Made by a program: the position numbers and the translations under genes
Shown here: in pieces, positions 12,501 to 24,200 of the stretch
Layout of the letters: each line of letters opens with the position of its first letter
How positions within the stretch are numbered: the first letter of the stretch is position 1
The notes under the pieces: generated by a model
What the model was told of the DNA's origin: nothing
Seen by the model: only the letters and a program-made list of their open reading frames with translations
Database searches by the model: none
Source: Ptychomitrium polyphyllum
Lineage: Eukaryota
Assembly: GCA_973851085.1 (NCBI GenBank)
Contig: OZ316776.1
Coordinates: 10,540,001 to 10,604,000, forward strand
DNA length: 64,000 nucleotides
Direction: 5' to 3'

Positions 12501-12944
12501 TCCAAAGTTCAAGGATGGAGATAGCGTATGGCTCCTACGACAAAATATACAGACAGAAAGACCATCAAAGAAGTTGGACTATCAAAAGCTGGGACCGTTT
12601 GAAATCAGCAAACAGATAAATCCGGTTAGTTTTTGCCTAAAGCTACCACCAAGCATGCAAATTCATCCAGTATTCCACATATCATTGTTGGAAACCTATA
12701 ACAAATCATGTATACCAGAGAGAATTGTTCCTCCGCCTCTTCTGCTGGAAATCAATAATGAATTGAATATGAAGTAGAAGAGTTCTTAGATTCACGCATC
12801 AAGAACGGACATGTGGAGTACCTTATACATTGGCAAGGATATGGCATCAATGACCGAACATGGGAACCTCCAACAAATGTAACAAATGCATCCAAGAAGG
12901 TATGCGAATTTCATCAAAGATATTCTCAGAAACCAGGTCAGTGA
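9530..12944 (+). pseudogene. pol: protease, reverse transcriptase, RNase H, integrase, chromodomain; disrupted
   Basis: ALLDTSATACFID; MPFGLTNAP and IYLDDILI; LEADASDFALG and YTDHKNLEY; GHFGFNKT/CDTC, SMDFITGLP, SDRGP; chromodomain [34 protein letters not shown] at ~12765-12900. Confidence 0.93.
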
Positions 12945-13542
12945 TGATGTGTCATCAATAGCCGCAGCTTCACAGATAAGTTCTTCCTTCATATACAAGT
13001 ATAAGAAGGGAGGAGAAATATCCAAACCTCCAATTGTATGCAGCATTATTTCCAAGATAGATGATTTCTAGATCCTAGCTAGTATGTCAAATCTTTGTAT
13101 TATTATGGATATGCGTGAAGAGCAGTTGGCCATGCCTTCATCAATAATAGCATCTGTTGAGCCAACTCAACTTTCTCAGCCCTCAATATCAGAGGATCTA
13201 AGTCAAGATATGAGAGGGACATTCCAATGTTAGATACGACCTCGTGCAGAAGTATTGGCTAGTCGCCTTTCACATTCTAGTCTTGATTCAGATGCTCGCG
13301 CTCTAGTCATCTTGTTAGAAATTGGAAGAATCACTCCTGGAGGACTCGAGATCTTGTTTGGAGGATGTTTTGAAGGACTTAATCAAGATCAAATCTTGGG
13401 ATGGGACATTTGAGCAACAGAAGTCTTGGCTGGTGGTCATTGGCACTTTTTGCAAGGACGAGTTGAACCAGAGGACAAAGAACAACGAGCAGAATATGTT
13501 GCTTCATTCCTTCGACAAATTTTGGAATTTGTAGAAATGTGA
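12937..13542 (+). pseudogene. Extra degenerate ORF (~200 codons) between pol and the polypurine tract; product unknown
   Basis: A single frame (that of ORF 12886..13071) reads to TGA at 13540-13542 with only three internal stops (TAG, TAG, TGA), each one C>T step from CAG/CGA; 5' start is undefined. Confidence 0.55.
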
Positions 13543-13587
13543 CAAGCAAGCCAAGAAAAGAGCTCCTCATGGGACTCGTCGCTAAAT

Positions 13588-13597
13588 GGGGAGGTGA
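13588..13597 (+). other. Polypurine tract
   Basis: GGGGAGGTGA immediately before the 3' LTR TGTCAC. Confidence 0.8.
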
Positions 13598-14195
13598 TGT
13601 CACGAACATCAATAATGCAATATAGTCCATAGAACATTCTAGAACCTTCTAGTATACTATAATAGCTTCTTAGAATACTTTAAGATGTCTCCATAGCCTT
13701 TCCATGTTTGTAGGAAGCTTCCTAGGAAAGTTCCTCCACATTAGGAAACTTTCTAGGAAGATTCTACCTCTTTAGGAAACTTCCTTGGAAGGTTCTACTT
13801 CTTTAGAAAACTTCCAAGGAAGGTTTCAACTCCTTGGAAGCCTCTTAGGAAGGTTCCAACTCCTTGGAAGCCTCTTAAGAAGGTTCCAACTCCTTGGAAG
13901 CCTCTTAGGAAGGTTCCAACATCTTAGAAAACTTCTTGGGAAGGTTCCCTAGACTTCCAGAACATTTTTAAACCTTGTAGGAAGCTTCTTTAGAACTATT
14001 CTAGGAGATACAAACGTTATAGTATAAACAGGAAGCAAGACAAGGTATTCCTTAGTCTTGCCAACACAGTTGTGAATCATCTTGAATCCTGCCTTGTTCT
14101 AGTCTTTGTATCAAGTTCTTGTTAATCATTAGCTCTTTGGAAGCTAATTCTTGAAAACACTTTGTTTCTGCTTCGTGTTTCTTGTGTCCCTAACA
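13598..14195 (+). repeat. 3' LTR (598 bp)
   Basis: TGTCAC...CCCTAACA; TATA-like TATAAA at ~14023; about one more ~30-bp internal unit than the 5' LTR. Confidence 0.93.
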
Positions 14196-14249
14196 TATGC
14201 AACCATTGCGTATGCAGTATATTATGGTAAGAATGGATTCAATCATCAG

Positions 14250-16150
14250 TTCTTATAGAATAAGTTTTCAAATCCATTATCCTTGTATTAATAATTAAAT
14301 AGCTTAATTTAATACCCAATAGTTTCAATTTACGTTATTAAATTGTAAACTTCTTCATAATAATACTTTGTTAAAAATATCAAATTCACAGTAATTTTAT
14401 TTATATTCCAATAACCAAGGAGAATCAATCTTACATTTTTGGCATAATTCTAACTAGTTTTATAATTCAATCAATAAACTACTTTCTTAATAGCCAGCAA
14501 CCTCTACTAATTATCTTCAAATTTAAGGCTGTAATATCAAAATGTACCAATTATAAGCACGCATTAACATATTCCATAATTTCCAATTTTCAAATAAGAC
14601 AATATTAATATTAGCCTCATTCAAATTAAATCTTTTATACATTCAGTTATTATTAAAATTGGTATAAAAATACTATTAGTAAACATTAATCTTTCAATTC
14701 CACCTTAAAGTTTCAAACATTAATCTCTTCCTAGTCGTGTAGTTTTAAGAACCACCAACTATTCATCTCCTTAAGTTGATTATTTTTTACATACTCTCAA
14801 TTTTAAAACCTTTCACAAGCTATAATCTAAACAATTGTTCATATTTCAAATAGTTTCACTTTTCACATCCTTATCATTTCACATCTTTATTAATAATATT
14901 TAATTCTTCTTATGAATCATTCAATTTCATTTAAATTACACTCTTAATTCCTCACAATGATTTGTACATTTTATAACTACAAGGCAATTTTCATTTTGCA
15001 TAATCCTTCTTTCAACAATTTGGCTATATATACCATGGTTTTGATCACATCAAATTTACTCAATCTTAATGTTAGTTTACCAATTTTTTTTTCAAATATT
15101 AATTTTCTCTACAAACTATAGTAAAATATAGCTTTACACAACTCTTGATCTATATTAGTAAATATCCATTGTATCTCATTTTTTTTTAACCTTCTTAGAA
15201 TATCACAATATAAATTCTCTCATAATATAACATAATTCTTTCAAATTCATACAAATGATATTATTAAGTTTCCATAGAATATTTTTCACTGCTATAGTAG
15301 CAACATAATCTTTAGATATTTTGTTTTAACATCTCTTTTACTTTACAAATTCTCACAAACCACCTTAATATAATAATAAAGCTTCATGCTTGATTAGACA
15401 TCTAATAGAGCATAATGATAATTCAAACAGGCGTGCTCAAGTAGTTATAATTGCAACACTAATAATATAAGGTCATATCACTCAAGATACATCTAAATAC
15501 AAAGTAATAGCTTAAAAGATAATATTTCAAGAATAAGTTTGCATGAAAACAATTGTCCAAGGTACAGGCTACCCACCTAAAGTGTTCCAACTCCTTTGCT
15601 ACACTACTATGGTTTAATTTTTTAGCGCTATTTATAATTCTTCAAAAAATTATTTCTAATTTAGCTACAAAAGTTGTACCTCTCAACTTGGCTTCTTAGC
15701 AGTTTATAATCCAATACCATAGCTTATTAAATCTGAATTTGTTCTTATCTTGTAAATCAAAGAGTATAACCCTTAATTGCTAGATTTCAATGAAACATAA
15801 GGTTTATTCACACTACCAAATGAAAAACCAAACTATAGCCTCAAAAATTAATGTAATAATGTTGTCATGTCATATTTATACTATCAATACCTTGATCAAG
15901 ATGGCCTCCACATTTATTTTGTTATATCAAGAGTATGATCTACAATGATTCACGTCTCAAAGCAGAGGCAAACAATGAAAGCCTTAGCTTAAGATTACTT
16001 GTAGCCTCTACCTCTAGTGAAACTCCACAAGATGAGAAGATTATTAATCCTTAGATTTTCAATGACCATAGGTTCCTACTAATTTTCCAACCCAATCGGA
16101 TTTTCAACATGGATTCATCTGATAGCAAGTAGTTTATAAGATGGATGACA
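14250..16150 (-). pseudogene. Possible heavily eroded NLR/LRR-type gene remnant
   Basis: Scattered minus-strand fragments such as RNLWSL, IVWFFIW, QLRVILFDL...FNKLW and LEEINV...GIERL in AT-rich sequence; no continuous frame. Confidence 0.25.
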
Positions 16151-18973
16151 TTTGCTTAGCAACATCTTTGAGGAATGGAGGAATATTCAATGGAGAAGTC
16201 TGTCTTGTATGTTGTGTTCTAGCAAAGAAGAAATACCAAGAGTGGTCATTCCTGCATATGGAACACAACATTGTACCTGAAGGTGAGGTAGGGTACTTCT
16301 CTTGTTTTTGAAGTTTTCCTGTGAGGTGCTCAATTTGGTGACACTAGATTATATCTAAATAATGCATGTTTTCAAGTATGTTAGATGCAATTTTGAGGCA
16401 ACACAGCAGCTTCCTGGGAATCTGACTTCTAGTTGCAGCTACAGATGCCCATAATCCCAAAGAATATGAATGCACAGCTACTAGCTTTGTTAGCAATGGA
16501 GCTAGATCTAGGCCAGCAAGATACTTGATTTGCAACTTTATTTTGTCTGCCCTCTTCTCCAGAGCGCAAGACTCTTGTAATAGACATTGACTCTAACAAG
16601 AAACCTCTAGCATTACCAGAGCCTTGTTATAAGCAAGGAAATGCAAAGAAAAATGAAGTTTCAGTGTCCCAAAGAATTCATTGTAACGTTGCAAAGCGAT
16701 GGCGAACGTTTTTAGGACATGAATACAAAACATATGAAAAAAATAAAACTAATAATAAAAATAACAATAATAATAATAATAATAATATAAAAAAACAAAG
16801 CAATTAGAAGGTATATTGGAGTGAAGAGAGGATTTAGAAGATTAATATACAAAAGAAAAGACACCAAAGTTAATATATACAAAAAGATAAGTTATTACAA
16901 TGGGGAGACAATAAATAGAACTCCACAATAAATTCAAAAGTTTAAAATATTCTATTAAGGAAAAGGGGAAAAAAATCAAAATTGCAATGCTACAAAGGAA
17001 AAAGAGGAAATAGTAGATGTATTTGTAAAGCAAAAATACTATATGATATAATAAAGATTGCATCATAACTATAAACGTAAGTTTGTTGTACAACTCAATG
17101 ACTACAATTCTTTCAAAATCTAGGGACTCAAAGAACATCAAACATTAATATTTGCATGCTCTTAAATAGAAACACATGTTCTTAAATATGAACACATTTG
17201 TATGCATAGAAAATAAAAAAACACATGGACAATGAATAACACATTTGTATATCATATGTGTATATTAATGCATGTATATAAGTGTATACATATAAGTAAA
17301 AATATAAATATGCATAATTTTGCATATATACGTACATAAATATATAACTTTGTAGCTGGGAATAGAATCTTTTGGTTTATTTAGAGTTGATATGCCATAG
17401 ATGTATTGTGGATATAATTAATTTCTCTAATTCTGTCTTATATTATATCTTGAATTTTTTGTACCTCCTATTTTAATTTTTATTGTATTTCTTTCTTTAA
17501 ATAAAGTAAAATAACTTTTATTTTGTACATGGCAGCTAAAACCTTGTGAATGGAAAAAAACTTTTAATTTATCAAGAGCTAATGTGCTTCTGATATTATA
17601 GAAATCTATTTAAGAAATAACGTATTGTAATTGATAATAGGAATAATGGTATTTATATTTGGAATATGTTATGAAAAAAAAAAGTTATTTGACCTAATCT
17701 TTTATTATATCTTTTATTATAAATATTTTTTACTCAAAACTCTTGATAAGTCAGGAAAATAAATGAACATAGAGCAAGGCCCTAAATTCTTCATTAACAA
17801 ATAAAAAGAACAAATATGCAAAAATCCTATGGATGAGAAAGAAATCCTTTCTTTTTCAAGAATTGATGTATTTTTAACAATTTAAAGAGACATTTTTAAA
17901 AACAACATTTTGTAGTTGACTATTGGAAAAAAAGAACTCATTTTTAAAATGAAAAATGAATAGAATATTATAAGTTAGTTAACAATAATATTATGTTAAA
18001 TTCAAAAAAAATTATTTTTAAAGTGAAAAAGAATGTATAACAATAAAATATTGGCATGTTAGGCATGCCTTATTAATCACTTTTTCTTGCAATACAACAA
18101 TGGACTCAAATTTTTTGAAGTCTGGAGTGCCTTCGCATTAAAGAATACATCCTATTCAGAACCGCATCCATCCAAAAGGAAGGTTTTTGTACTAAGGAGA
18201 TCACCTTTGAGGACTTTGACTTCAGCTATTGAGCAATACTTTGAAGTGGCCAAATACCATGGCATTGCCCCGGTTGTAGTAGCGGAATTGGAGTGGACAC
18301 CCTCACTGGGACTATATCAATTATAAAAAAGTTATCTATAAAATCCAATAAAGTATTCCTACAAAAGATGATGTTGAGCGTAGAGAATATTGAAATTACT
18401 TTTTGCTCTCGAGCCTTTAGTTTGAGGCTTTCTATCTTCCCTAAAGTCAAAGTTTGGAAGACAAACAGAAAAAAAAAAAAAAAAAAAAAGCCTTTAAAAG
18501 GATGTATTTATTTATACATAATCTTTAAAGCAACTTCCGTGACGTGGACAGTTGTATGTAAAATTTGGAAGTGACCAAGTAACATGATAGTATATACGTG
18601 AAATATCTGCGTGTCTAAAAAAAACAATGTCACAAATAAAAATATGTACTGTATATCTAAACAGCAAAAGGCAAAATAACGGTTTCAAAGTCAAATCCAC
18701 ATTGGCATAGTATGAATATAGATCAAGAAGTTAAACTCCTATATCCATCAATAAGTTATACAAGGAAAATCCAAATCCTAAATAGTATATTTAACCACTT
18801 TTAAAATTGTTGTTTAGTAGAATAAAATGAACATTTCAAGTCTAGTTCATTTATTGTAATGTATGTCATCTTTGGAGGCCTTCCATATGCAAAGGCCGAG
18901 ATGCATACTTTGGGACAAAAGCTTTAATATAATCTACCTTCCAAATGAAACTAAAGCCTTTGTTATCATCAAA

Positions 18974-20547
18974 TGTTGTTGTCGTAGAAAAAGAGTCTTG
19001 CTTTGAGAAAACATTGAGCCTCTAGCCTCTACTAATTTCTCAATAATTTGATAAGATAGTGTTAAAATTGAAGTCAATTAAGTGCAAAAGTTTGTTTATC
19101 ATACTTTACATACTTTGTAAAGTTCACAATCCAAATCCAAATTGTAACTATGTATTGCCTTTGAAATCCTGCTTATAAATTTGTCCATATTTCTTTTTTC
19201 CAAAGTTCAATGATTTTGATATTTTGGTAATCTGTTCTAAAGAGATGTAAAATACTACACTAAAAGTTTCATAACCATAGCTGCTATATTCATTGAAAAC
19301 CATGCAATCAAAGCTCTCATCCTTCTCATCACATCCCCTTCATTTTACCACCTTATAACTTCTTTTCTATCATGAACCTAGATTTGAAAAAATTTATACA
19401 CACAATTTATCTTATAATAAACATTTCACCAAAACATCAACTTTAGAAACCTCTCCTATCCCCTTTTATAGCAAAATATATAATCCCAATTTTGCTGTAT
19501 ATTACCTTTTGAAACCCAGTTACATATTCTCCTACAATCCCTACTACAAAAGCCCTTTTTCCTCAAAATGTTTACAATAACATTTTGAAGTAGTCAACAT
19601 ACTAGCTTCCAATTTTCATCTTCAAAGATCATTTCTACAAGAAGTTATAAGCACTCAAAGCAGCTACTCTCAATATTCAAGGCAGCTGGACCAACTTTAT
19701 TCAAACTAGTGCCACGGTCACATAACAACTCCAAATGGAATGTGTAATGGCATTCTAAAAAACCTACAAACAAAAAAAAAAAATTCAACAAAAATTGACT
19801 CAAACTAAGAAGATACTATAAGCTATCATCCAAAAAAAGGCTGCATTCTTATTATAGTAGAAGAAGTCAAGAGAGAAGAAGAGGGCGGTGGTCAAACCGC
19901 CACATCTGTCCCTTATCACTCCACATCAGCTTCATTTCTCTACATCAGCCTCTAACCTCTTTTATCAAGCCCTTATTTAACCATTTCTTTAAATAAAAAA
20001 CAACCTAAATTATTATTTTTTGTTTTTTTTTTTTTTTCCTTTAGTTGAAACTTCTAGGCTCCAATTACACAAGAAAACTAAATCAACCTTCACAAATCTA
20101 AAATAAGAATTAAAAATAAAAATACATAAAAAAAAGTAGGAAAAAAATTGAAGTTCAACAAGAAACAAGTTAAGAATAATATCATCGTCAAGGTAGGATC
20201 AAACACCAAGTCATGAAATTGGTTGGCTGAATAAGTTCCAGCTGCTGAACCGGTCCGAATTTGATTCTTGTCGGATTTGTTGAGTTGAACGGCAACACTT
20301 GACTTAGTATTGTTAGCGAGAATGGCAAGCAGAAAAATACTATAGTCAATTAGCCTATTCATTATGAGTAAAAACAAGATGCGGTTTCACCTCCAAGATA
20401 AATAAAATCATAGTTTCACCACAATTTTTTTATTTTATTTAATGATTTATTTTTTCTAATACTCTCTTCCAAATACAATAATTTAAATTCCACCAAATAA
20501 CAAATATTACTTAAATTTTAATCTATATAACTAATTACATTACAACA
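18974..20547 (-). repeat. Second, diverged copy of the long LTR (solo-like, no internal domain or TSD recognised)
   Basis: TGTTGT...TACAACA termini; shares blocks with 5328-6860, e.g. GAGAGAAGAAGAGGGCGGTGGTCAAACCGCCACATC and AGATGCGGTTTCACCTCCAAGATAAATAAAA. Confidence 0.75.
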
Positions 20548-20599
20548 CCGTAACACAAAGGAGTCAATAAGAAGGTGCACTATTTTTGCATAAATCTTT

Positions 20600-21260
20600 G
20601 CCTTCAAAAATTTTATTCACACTAAGATCCGCAATCAAGTACTCCATGAAAACGGCATCTCTTTCAACCTTTGCTGTAAGCTAAATGACCAACTTCTGCA
20701 CTTTAATGGCAATATTATGGAATGGATTCTGCAAAGGCATTAATGCTAAGGTGAAACAAGGGGTGGTTGCTAATATTGCCATAGGGAGGTATATTACATT
20801 CAAGTGGGCATAAGGTGGTTTTCAAAGCCTTTAATATGATCGGCCATCTTTCCACAATATTGGACAATTGTCTCTTTTGCAAAATTTGGAGAAGCAAGAC
20901 TTTGACGTTGTATTTGTATATGCTAGGCCTTTAGGCCCATATATAGTTGCAACCAGCCCATTCCTTGCTATGGTTGTGTATAATGTATTGGACATGCCTA
21001 TGCCAAATGGAAGTAATCAATGTGTAGCTGTCAAGTTTGTCAGGCAATGTTACATCTGCATTTGGGATCTGACATGCCTTAATTAATGATGACACAATTA
21101 TATCTTGTATTTTCTTTATGAATCTGTTCTCCTTTTTGAATGTCCTTTAATCAATAGCAATCTTGAACATTTGTAATTAAAACATAGATACACCATTCTA
21201 CCTTCCATTTGGACTTTAGAATAGACTTCATGAAGCCATAATAATATACCTACCTTAGAA
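20600..21260 (-). mobile_element. Degenerate MULE-like transposase remnant with SWIM zinc finger
   Basis: Minus-strand fragments YYGFMKSILKSK..KVEWCIYVLITNV and EWAGCNYIWA*R..IYKYNVKVLLL resemble the ESYH..LK...RVDW region and the CxC..CKH SWIM motif; stops and frameshifts. Confidence 0.5.
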
Positions 21261-24200
21261 GTAGGTATGTAACACTGTTGCACAATGTGAGACTTCTTGT
21301 GCTTTCCATGCAGAGCTCAATGCTTAAGGTTCCATTCAACATTGCCAAAACCATGTAGCAATAGAGATAGACCCTCTACGGATTTCTCAATCTACTTCAA
21401 CAACAAAATATTGAAATTATATACTGTGAGATCAATACAATCCTCTACAAAAGAACTACCAGTGCTATCAATAGCCTTTCCTATGTGAGAAACTTTTTCC
21501 ATTACGTTGATTTAGATAGAGCACAAGTATAATTCAAAGTGGAAAAAAAAGAAATTGCTAAGCGCTATCTATAACGTGAAAAAATTTCAACCTTAAACTT
21601 TAAAAGTTGCTTGCACTTGTTGTAACATAAGAGGCTAAAGCTTTTGCCATTGCACATCAAGAAGCACATTTTAAATAGTTCCTAAACAAATCCAATAATG
21701 GCTTTAAAGACAATAATAAGCGCAATTTGCAAGAAAAAGACAATACTATAAGAAAATCCTAAACTTACTTACGGCCGCTATAATACAAGGTGGAAGCTAT
21801 ATTTTGAATCCATATGGAAGTTTTGGAGATGAACAAATGCATAGCATCCATGGCTAGTGTCTTATAAACAATCATATTTTATTATTAATAATCATGTTAT
21901 ATTATTTTTAAATCATGGTTATAAATGTTGTTGTCTTCAAAGTAATCTATCTCAATTAGTCATCATCATGTTTTTACATAAATTTGGTAGAACTTATTAA
22001 TGGTCTTCAATTTATTTGTTTAAAAACTAATTGATTAAAAATCTCATTAATTACTAAATATATAAAACCATTTGTTTTTTAATTTATACAAAATCCTTCT
22101 AAATTATAATAAAAATAACTTATTTATCTAGTGATAATTAATCCTCTTTTTGAGGATTTAGAACAAATCCATGACTATATTCATTTGAGTTGATTGCCTT
22201 CCTTGTTACAAACACATGGCATCACTAATTTTAATACAAATTGGACTATTTTGTATGAAAATACCACAATTTGGCATAATTTGCATCATTTTATAAGTTA
22301 TTGTATATTAAGGTCCAATTTTAAACCTTTTTGCCTTTTACACTTTTCATTTATTCAAAATGGTCAAATAAAAGCAAGATTTTGCATATAATAGATTGAT
22401 TATATAAACTACAAAATTAGATTGAAATTAGGGACAACATGTTGACATGTTGACTTTACATGAAGAGTAGGTGATGGCATTATAAGACGTATAGAAATTT
22501 AAACTTATTGTCCACTATATAATTCTCTATATGTATACTCTGGTATTCCAATTGAATAGTTTTCCATTTCATTTTAACTATAGACTCAAGAAGGTTTAAC
22601 ATTTCATATACTTTAACGACCACCATAATTCCTTGACAATTGTTGCACCTTTCAATATATATTTATTTGGAATAGATTTTGATTTTGAATATTTTTTATG
22701 CAACCATGCATAATAAATATTTCTTCTATTGAAAACGCAATTGTTGTTATTTTTATATAAAAAAATATGGATGACAAAGGCACAAGAAGATAGAACCCAA
22801 TAAACATTTTGCAAAGATTGTACAATGTGTTCAAGTAGATAGGTTGCTATGAATCCATGCTATGAAAACATGCTTCTCTCCACCTTACTCTTGTATCATA
22901 TATGAAGAGTGTAGTGAAATTTTTTCATCGTTCAAATGAAAAAATTACTTTGAATTTGGCTCATTTTGGCTTATAATCATTGCATTGCCAACCTAGTGTT
23001 ATAATTAACAAGTTGGTTATTTAGAGCTTCAACTAAAAATTTTAAACGTTGTCAAAATCTTTAAAGGTAATGAAGTAGACGGCCATTTATTCACTCATCC
23101 TTGCAACATTCAAAAATAAAGAACTTGCTTCTCTTCATAGTACTTTTTAGAACAATTGGTGTTGTGAAGTTATAATTAAAAAATGTGCAAATTAAAGAAG
23201 CTTGGAGCACATGTAGGTAACAATAATGAGTTGCATTAGAGCCTAAATCAACACTTAGACTTCTTGAGTATTGTCCCTTATCTCCACATTTCTTAATCCA
23301 TTATAAAATTATCAAAATTAGATGTGATATTAGCATTAAATGATTTTTTAGGTCGAATTTTCTTTTTAATTTCATACAAAATTTAAAGTAGGCATTAATC
23401 TATTGCTATAAAGATGATTGGTGGATTTATTGTCAAGTTCTTGCACCTATTTATTATCTTCAATGATTTATATAACTTTTTACAAAGCTCTTTACATTAA
23501 ACTTTTTACTAGCATTCTTTTCACAATTGTTTTATTAATCTAATTGTCACGTATTTTAAAGATTATCATGGATATCATGTTTAATCTTGATCTTTCTAAA
23601 TCTAATTGCTATAGGTGCAGTATCATTAAAATATACTATAAATGCAAGAATAGTGTCAAATTTCAACTTTTTCTTGCATTTATTTTATAATACCATATTT
23701 TTGAATACTTTTGATTTGATGTCTTTTTATTCCAATTTTCCTTTGTGGAATTAAAATAGTCAATTTGATTTGCTCCTTTTATTAGAAGATTTTGCCAAAA
23801 AATATTCTTCAATGGCACACAATTTACTAATTTCTATAACCAATCATTCCCTTGTGAATACATGTATATATGGATACATGTTAATTAACCAATTTTTAAT
23901 CAATTTTTTTTAATATATTGTACAACCAGTCTACAAAAAATTATTTATTTATTGATTAATTAGAAAGATTATATTAAACGTAAGAAAAAAGATTGAAATT
24001 ATATGAACCATATAAATTTCTAAACATCTAAAAAAAAATTCAAAAATATTAGATTGGTGATAATATTTTTTCTTAAAATAATTGATTAATATGTGATTAT
24101 GAAATAAGTATTGATATTTTATTTTATTTTGTAACGTAGATAAAAGTGAAATAAAACTTGACTAAATATATTTAAAGCTTCAAAAGTAAGTAAATTATGT

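Larger units (their letters stand above)
7633..14195 (+). mobile_element. Full-length, inactivated Ty3/gypsy chromovirus (Tcn1/Tf1-like) LTR retrotransposon
   Basis: Two LTRs with TG...CA ends, flanks GATGC/TATGC (4/5 TSD), PBS-position sequence, PPT, and gag-PR-RT-RH-INT-chromodomain order with many stops and frameshifts. Confidence 0.95.

Noticed and set aside
12950..13544. TGTCA...TGACA ends suggesting a nested solo LTR
   Set aside because: No target-site duplication (TGATG vs AGCAA), and the interval behaves like one degenerate reading frame.
18087..18574. Moderately GC-rich patch with short ORFs
   Set aside because: No recognisable motif in any frame and no supportable splice model.
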